Assembly: GCA_001643675.2 (NCBI GenBank)
Contig: LSRY02000018.1
Location: 496,001-560,000, forward strand
Length of the DNA stretch: 64,000 nucleotides
Source of the DNA: Monocercomonoides exilis PA203
Taxonomy: Eukaryota; Protista; Preaxostyla
Direction: 5' to 3'
Part shown: in pieces, positions 58,935-64,000 of the stretch
How positions within the stretch are numbered: position 1 is the first letter of the stretch
Layout: each line of letters begins with the position of its first letter
Position numbers and translations under genes: made by a program
Notes under the pieces: model-generated
Told to the model about the DNA's origin: nothing
Seen by the model: the letters and a program-made list of their open reading frames with translations, nothing else
Databases searched by the model: none

Positions 58935-61192
58935 GATTGTAGAGCAATCCTAATGTTCGTATTACTTGGCAATAAATGTTTGAATTTGAACGTAGAATGA
59001 AAGAACAATGAAAGATGAAAATAAATTTTTTTCTTCAAAGAACTAGGGATCATTTTATAAGAAGTCTTTTGTTAGTTCTTTTTGGAAACTTGAATGGAGT
59101 GTGCAAAATGAGAATGCATTGTAATTAAAATCTATCTTCGCATAAACTGAAGCCAGCGGTGCAATGGGCATATGCATAATAGTTGCATTTGTAAGTGTAA
59201 ATGATTTTGATGATAATTGCAGAGGGTAAACAGAAATTTGTACTTCTTTTAAAGGATCACGTTTCTGATAGATTTTTTGCTGCATTTATTATTTTAATAT
59301 GTATTTTATTGTTTCACTTTCAAATTGCTGTTATTCAAAGCATTCATTGTTATAAAAAACTTTTTGTTTTGGATGCTGCATTAGAGATGCTTTTTTTTCT
59401 ATTTTCTTACTTTCTAACTGTCTTTCTTTCTTCCTGTTTGGCTGATTCTTTGTTGAGGCTTATTCATATTTTCGATTATTTTTGTTTTTGTTTTTGATTT
59501 TGATTTTGATTTTGTTTTTGTTTTGTTTTGTTTTATTTCTTTTTATTTTTTATTTTTTTTATTTATTTAAAAGAATTCATGATCCTTTTTGTTGCTTTTT
59601 TTTCCTTGATAAGTATTTTTTTTTCAAATTTGTATTGTTTATGTTCAAATTTGCTGATTGACATATTTTTATTTATTGGCTAGTATGATTTTCTTCATAC
59701 TGAGATGTTCATTGAAATGTTGATTTTATAATGTGCTTTACTCTTTTTATATTATTTTTTTCTTCTTATCAATTTTTGCAATTACCTTTTTTTTTCAGGT
59801 TTTGGATTTTTACGATTTATTCATTTAAATTATTTGTTTGTTCTGGATTGATCATTATTTTATTTTATTTTATTTATTTTTTGAACTTTTGATTATCTGA
59901 AAGCGTTCTCTCTATTTTAAATCTTTGTTAATTTGGTACAAAGGTTTGAGCATAGAGATTCATATCATTTTCTTCCAATATTCTGTTGAAATTTTTTAGC
60001 TCTTTATCTTTCAATGACAGTTCAGAGATTTTTAAGCAATCAAATTCTTTATTCATTTTTTCAAATATTTAGCAATCTTTGAGATAATCACTTCATAAAC
60101 TGAGCGTAAAACCAAAACTGTTTAAACACTGCTTTATTTTTTTATTTGATTGACAAAAAAGAACTGGATATCATTTAACACAAACATACAATTGATTGAT
60201 AACGATTGATATACCAAAGGAAATAAATAACTTCTTGATATGTTTTTTTCTATTTTTATGTTAAATGAGTGTTTTTGCTTTGGTATTTTAACCATGAGCT
60301 GAAGAGTTGACAATAGGTTTTTTCATCTTTTAACATAAATTAAATAAATATTTCCTGTCAAAAAAAAAATCCGTTAAAAAAAAAAAATTCAAGTGGACCT
60401 TAATTTTAATTTGTTTCGAAGGAAATTGTGTGTAAATAAGTATTTCTAGCATTTTTAAGAAGTTTAAGGTTGCCTATTTAACTGTTTTACAATGTATATA
60501 AGATTATTTTGGAAAGAAGGAATTTATGGATTGTACAAGTTTATCATCCAATGAGAATGGATCTCAAACAGAAATGGAATTAGTGAAATGCGAAAAAGCT
60601 GACAATGGAGACAAACCAGATGATGCAACTATCACAATTGACAGCAAGTCATTCACTGAATTCTAATTGGATGCTGAAGAACTAAAGACACAGCAAGCTT
60701 CGATTGAAGAAGTGATAAGAAAAGCAAGCACTTCTGTTGCTTCTTCTTCAAGTTCTTCTTCTTCAACTTTTCCTTCTTCCGCCTCTTCCATCTGAAGCTG
60801 AAGCTGTCTCAACTGACCAGTTTGCTTCACAGGAGATGGTGCGTGTGCAGAAAGAGGCAGAGCAGCTCTATGCAGAATGGAAGAGACAGAAGCCAAAGAG
60901 AAAGAGAGAAGGGAAGGGAAGAGAAAAGGGAAGAGAGAATGGAAGAGAGAAGAAGAAGAAGAAGAAGAAAAGGAAGAGGACAAAGAAGAGCATATGAATG
61001 AAGATGAACGGCAGAGGCAGCGCTGTCAGTTGATGCTGCTGAAGTCACGGAGCAAATCAGTTGCGCCTATTGCTCTTGTCTATCACCAGCCTTATTCTCT
61101 CTCATTTGGCATATGCCCAAAAGCTGAGCTGCCTTCTTTCTCTTCTTCTTCTTCTTCTTTCAATGATAAATTAATAAATTGATTTATGCTAC

Positions 61193-61195
<3 letters not shown>

Positions 61196-61271
<76 letters not shown>

Positions 61272-61290
61272 CATCTATCTATCTATCTCT
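61196..61290 (+). repeat. Compound (TC)n(TCTA)n microsatellite
   Basis: Directly visible. Confidence 0.95.
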
Positions 61291-62130
61291 TTATCTCTTT
61301 TAATTCTCTCTCAGCTTCTCTCACAAAATGCAGTTTTTTCGTAATCACTTCTTCCAAGCTTTTGCAGCAATCCAATTTTTTATCAAAGTCTGCCAAGCTT
61401 ATCGATATGCAAATTGAAGGCGTTGTAATGTTTCTGATGATATTTGATGATCGTTTTGATCTCATTCAAAAACAGTTCTTGTTTCATTTCCTAATCTGAA
61501 ATAAGAGGGGAAAAAAGCAAACATAATAAAAATGAAAAAGAAGTGCTCATACACAATATCCTATTTCGCTCAAAGCCAACAAAGCCATTTCAACTATTCT
61601 TTCAGTCTCCTCGTTTTCCTCTTTCCTCAACGCAACATTCAGAAAACAAGAAATATGTATTGAAATTGAGTCAGACGAGAAGTTCTGGTTTATAGAAATG
61701 TAGTATCGCAAAGATCAGTTGAAAGCTTTTTATCCTTTTCAATTTTCTTCTAATCTTTTTCAAATGTAATTTTCTCAAATCTCATAAAAAGAAAAGAATC
61801 ATCAATGCCAATATTTCAAACGTCTAATTGCCCTTTTCAATACCCCATGTACTTCAGAATGAAAATGGCATTTTACATTGACAGCTTCTCTTCTTCAACA
61901 ATTTCATCGGCTCATTGGACAGTTCTTGATGGTGGGAAAAACGACTCAAATTCATTTTTATTCAATTCATCGATCAATCCATTCATTTCCTCTTTTTCAT
62001 GCATTTGTCATCCTTATTGCTAATTACTTGCCCGGAAAACAATTCTGAAAAGATATGAACCTTTCAGTCATATTTCTCCTCAATAATGGAGCAAACTTGA
62101 AAACTTTTCTTTTTGTTATTCATCATTTGG
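61290..62130 (-). pseudogene. Degraded paralog of the 55683-57154 family
   Basis: LEEVITKKLHFVREAERELKE matches VEDVIVHELHFVKEATRELEE; VEMALLALSEI matches VEIALLALSKI. Frameshifts present; truncated at the microsatellite. Confidence 0.7.
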
Positions 62131-64000
62131 CACATCAAAATTAAAACTTATTCTGATTATGGTTTAATCTTTGTGCATCAGATGGAACAACAAATAAATA
62201 AACGAGATAATCTGTAAAGGTAAACATCTTTGATGACGAGCAAGAAGGGATAAATGTGACGACAAATCAAATGGATTTATTTGATAAATATCAGATGTTG
62301 TTTAAAAAAGTTTTGGAAGTTTTCTCAAATATCATTTTTCTGATCAAAGATAAATCCCATATTCTTTTGTGTGGTCAATTCAGAACGAAAAAACGAAACT
62401 TTGATGAAAACTGAAAGATGCTTCTGAGGAAACAACATCCGTTTTGTCATTCTCGCCATTTGACCATTGCTTTTATTTTCACATAAATATTTTTGGACAC
62501 ACGATAAGGATAATGCATTCTGATTTTGATGACAATTCAAGTCTTTTGTTGAAGATGATTCATTCATTTCTGTGATAAATATTGACATTTGGCGTTTGGC
62601 TTTTTTAATGAGCAACTCATTTTATTTGGAGGCCTTTGTGAAATTGTTCTGATGTTCTTGAAGGCTTTTGATACAAAAATCCTAAAAAATAAAATTAAGG
62701 AGAATTCTTTTCAGTAGGAAATTTGCCCAAAAGAAGCCTTCTTTTGTTACGTTTATTTTTCGGATTGAGCACTCCAATATATTCAGTTGCAATTTGACAA
62801 GGAGGTTAAAGAACATAGTTTATCACACATTTATTATGCTTTTGAATCAAGTTTTACTGAATTCCCTTGAAATGGAAAAGAAGAAAGAAGAAACCTTTCA
62901 GAAGAAGGTTCAATACTTCAATCCAATCTTCAAAATTTTTCCGATATTGTTCATCTACACATTTGTGGAATCGCAAATCAGGTTTTTATCTGCCGTAGAA
63001 ACATTGAGAAATCTAACTGCAAAGACTATTCTTTTGAAATTCTATTTGATTCTGTTGAAAATCAATCTTTGAAAAAAGGACAAATATTGAGAATAGCAAT
63101 TGGATTAAGAAGCAAACAAAGATCAGCATATGAGCATGTCTTTTCAATTTGAGACGCATCCATTCTGAGAAAAATTGAAGAAATACGGCTGAATTTGTAG
63201 AGGGGAGGGAGGGCAATGAAACATTCACGTTATCATAGGATTGGGCTGTGAAAGAGCTGGCAGCGCGAAAAATAACATTTTATTGAAGAATATCTGATGA
63301 AAAGTCAACAACATCTTCAGAATTGGAAATCTCTCGAAACTCAAAAAATGACTTTGTGGAAACGCTGAAGAATAAAAAGACATTTTTCCGAACAAGAACT
63401 TATTACCAGAAAAAATTCATTGCAATTGCATATATTAAAGGAATTTCAATGAAAAAGAAAAAAAGAAAGAAAGAAAGATGAACAAAAAAGAGAAGGCAAA
63501 GAAGAAATGAGAATATTTTCGAAAAATAAAGTGATTTTTTCGAAAAAGTTCTTTTTGCAGAGAAGAAAATTATGAAATCTGAAAACAAATTATGCAATTA
63601 TTGTTTGATGAATGAGCGAAGATTGTTGACAAAATAATAAAGATGTATTTTCATCTATGCTTTTGAAAAAAAAAATAAAAAACAAAATGGACAATGCAAA
63701 AGAACGAGGAAAATATGACAAAAGAGAAAAATAAAAATATGAGCCTTCTGTTTGTCTTGTGTGCATATGGATTACAAGTGATATTGAAAATGCAAACGCA
63801 ATCAAACTACTTCAGAATAAATAAAGGGAGATATGTTGATGGAGTGAATAAGTTGCTGGAAGAGATTAATGATGAGTGGAGGGAGATAAAAGGTGTTGTT
63901 GGAGAAGATGAGTGTGCTTCTGTAAAGTTAGCTGTTCATTCAGTTTGCAAATGAACTTTCATTATTTATTTATTTGTATTTTTATTGTTTCATTATTTTT

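Overview
AT-rich eukaryotic protist DNA with short GT-AG introns, the standard genetic code (genes end in TAA, TAG and TGA) and long Ser/Glu microsatellite tracts. The gene families most resemble the oxymonad Monocercomonoides (inference). Apparently intact host genes: a ~2730-aa beta-helix/transmembrane/pseudokinase surface protein, a divergent eIF4A-like DEAD-box helicase, an ALDH3-type aldehyde dehydrogenase, the meiotic recombinase DMC1, an IQ-DH-PH RhoGEF, a PHO80-like cyclin and a member of a lineage-specific multigene family. The first ~25 kb and 46-49 kb are accessory sequence. The most notable locus (16013-20844) is an intron-containing Sola-like DDD transposase gene with a ubiquitin-specific protease (USP, peptidase C19) domain inserted in its N-terminal region; this copy has two in-frame stops and two frameshifts. 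Three related GGCA-terminated TIR elements with no recognisable transposase carry host gene fragments. One has an exact 8-bp TSD and 612-bp arms that include captured gene sequence. A small MITE and a tRNA-like unit next to telomere-like motifs are also present.
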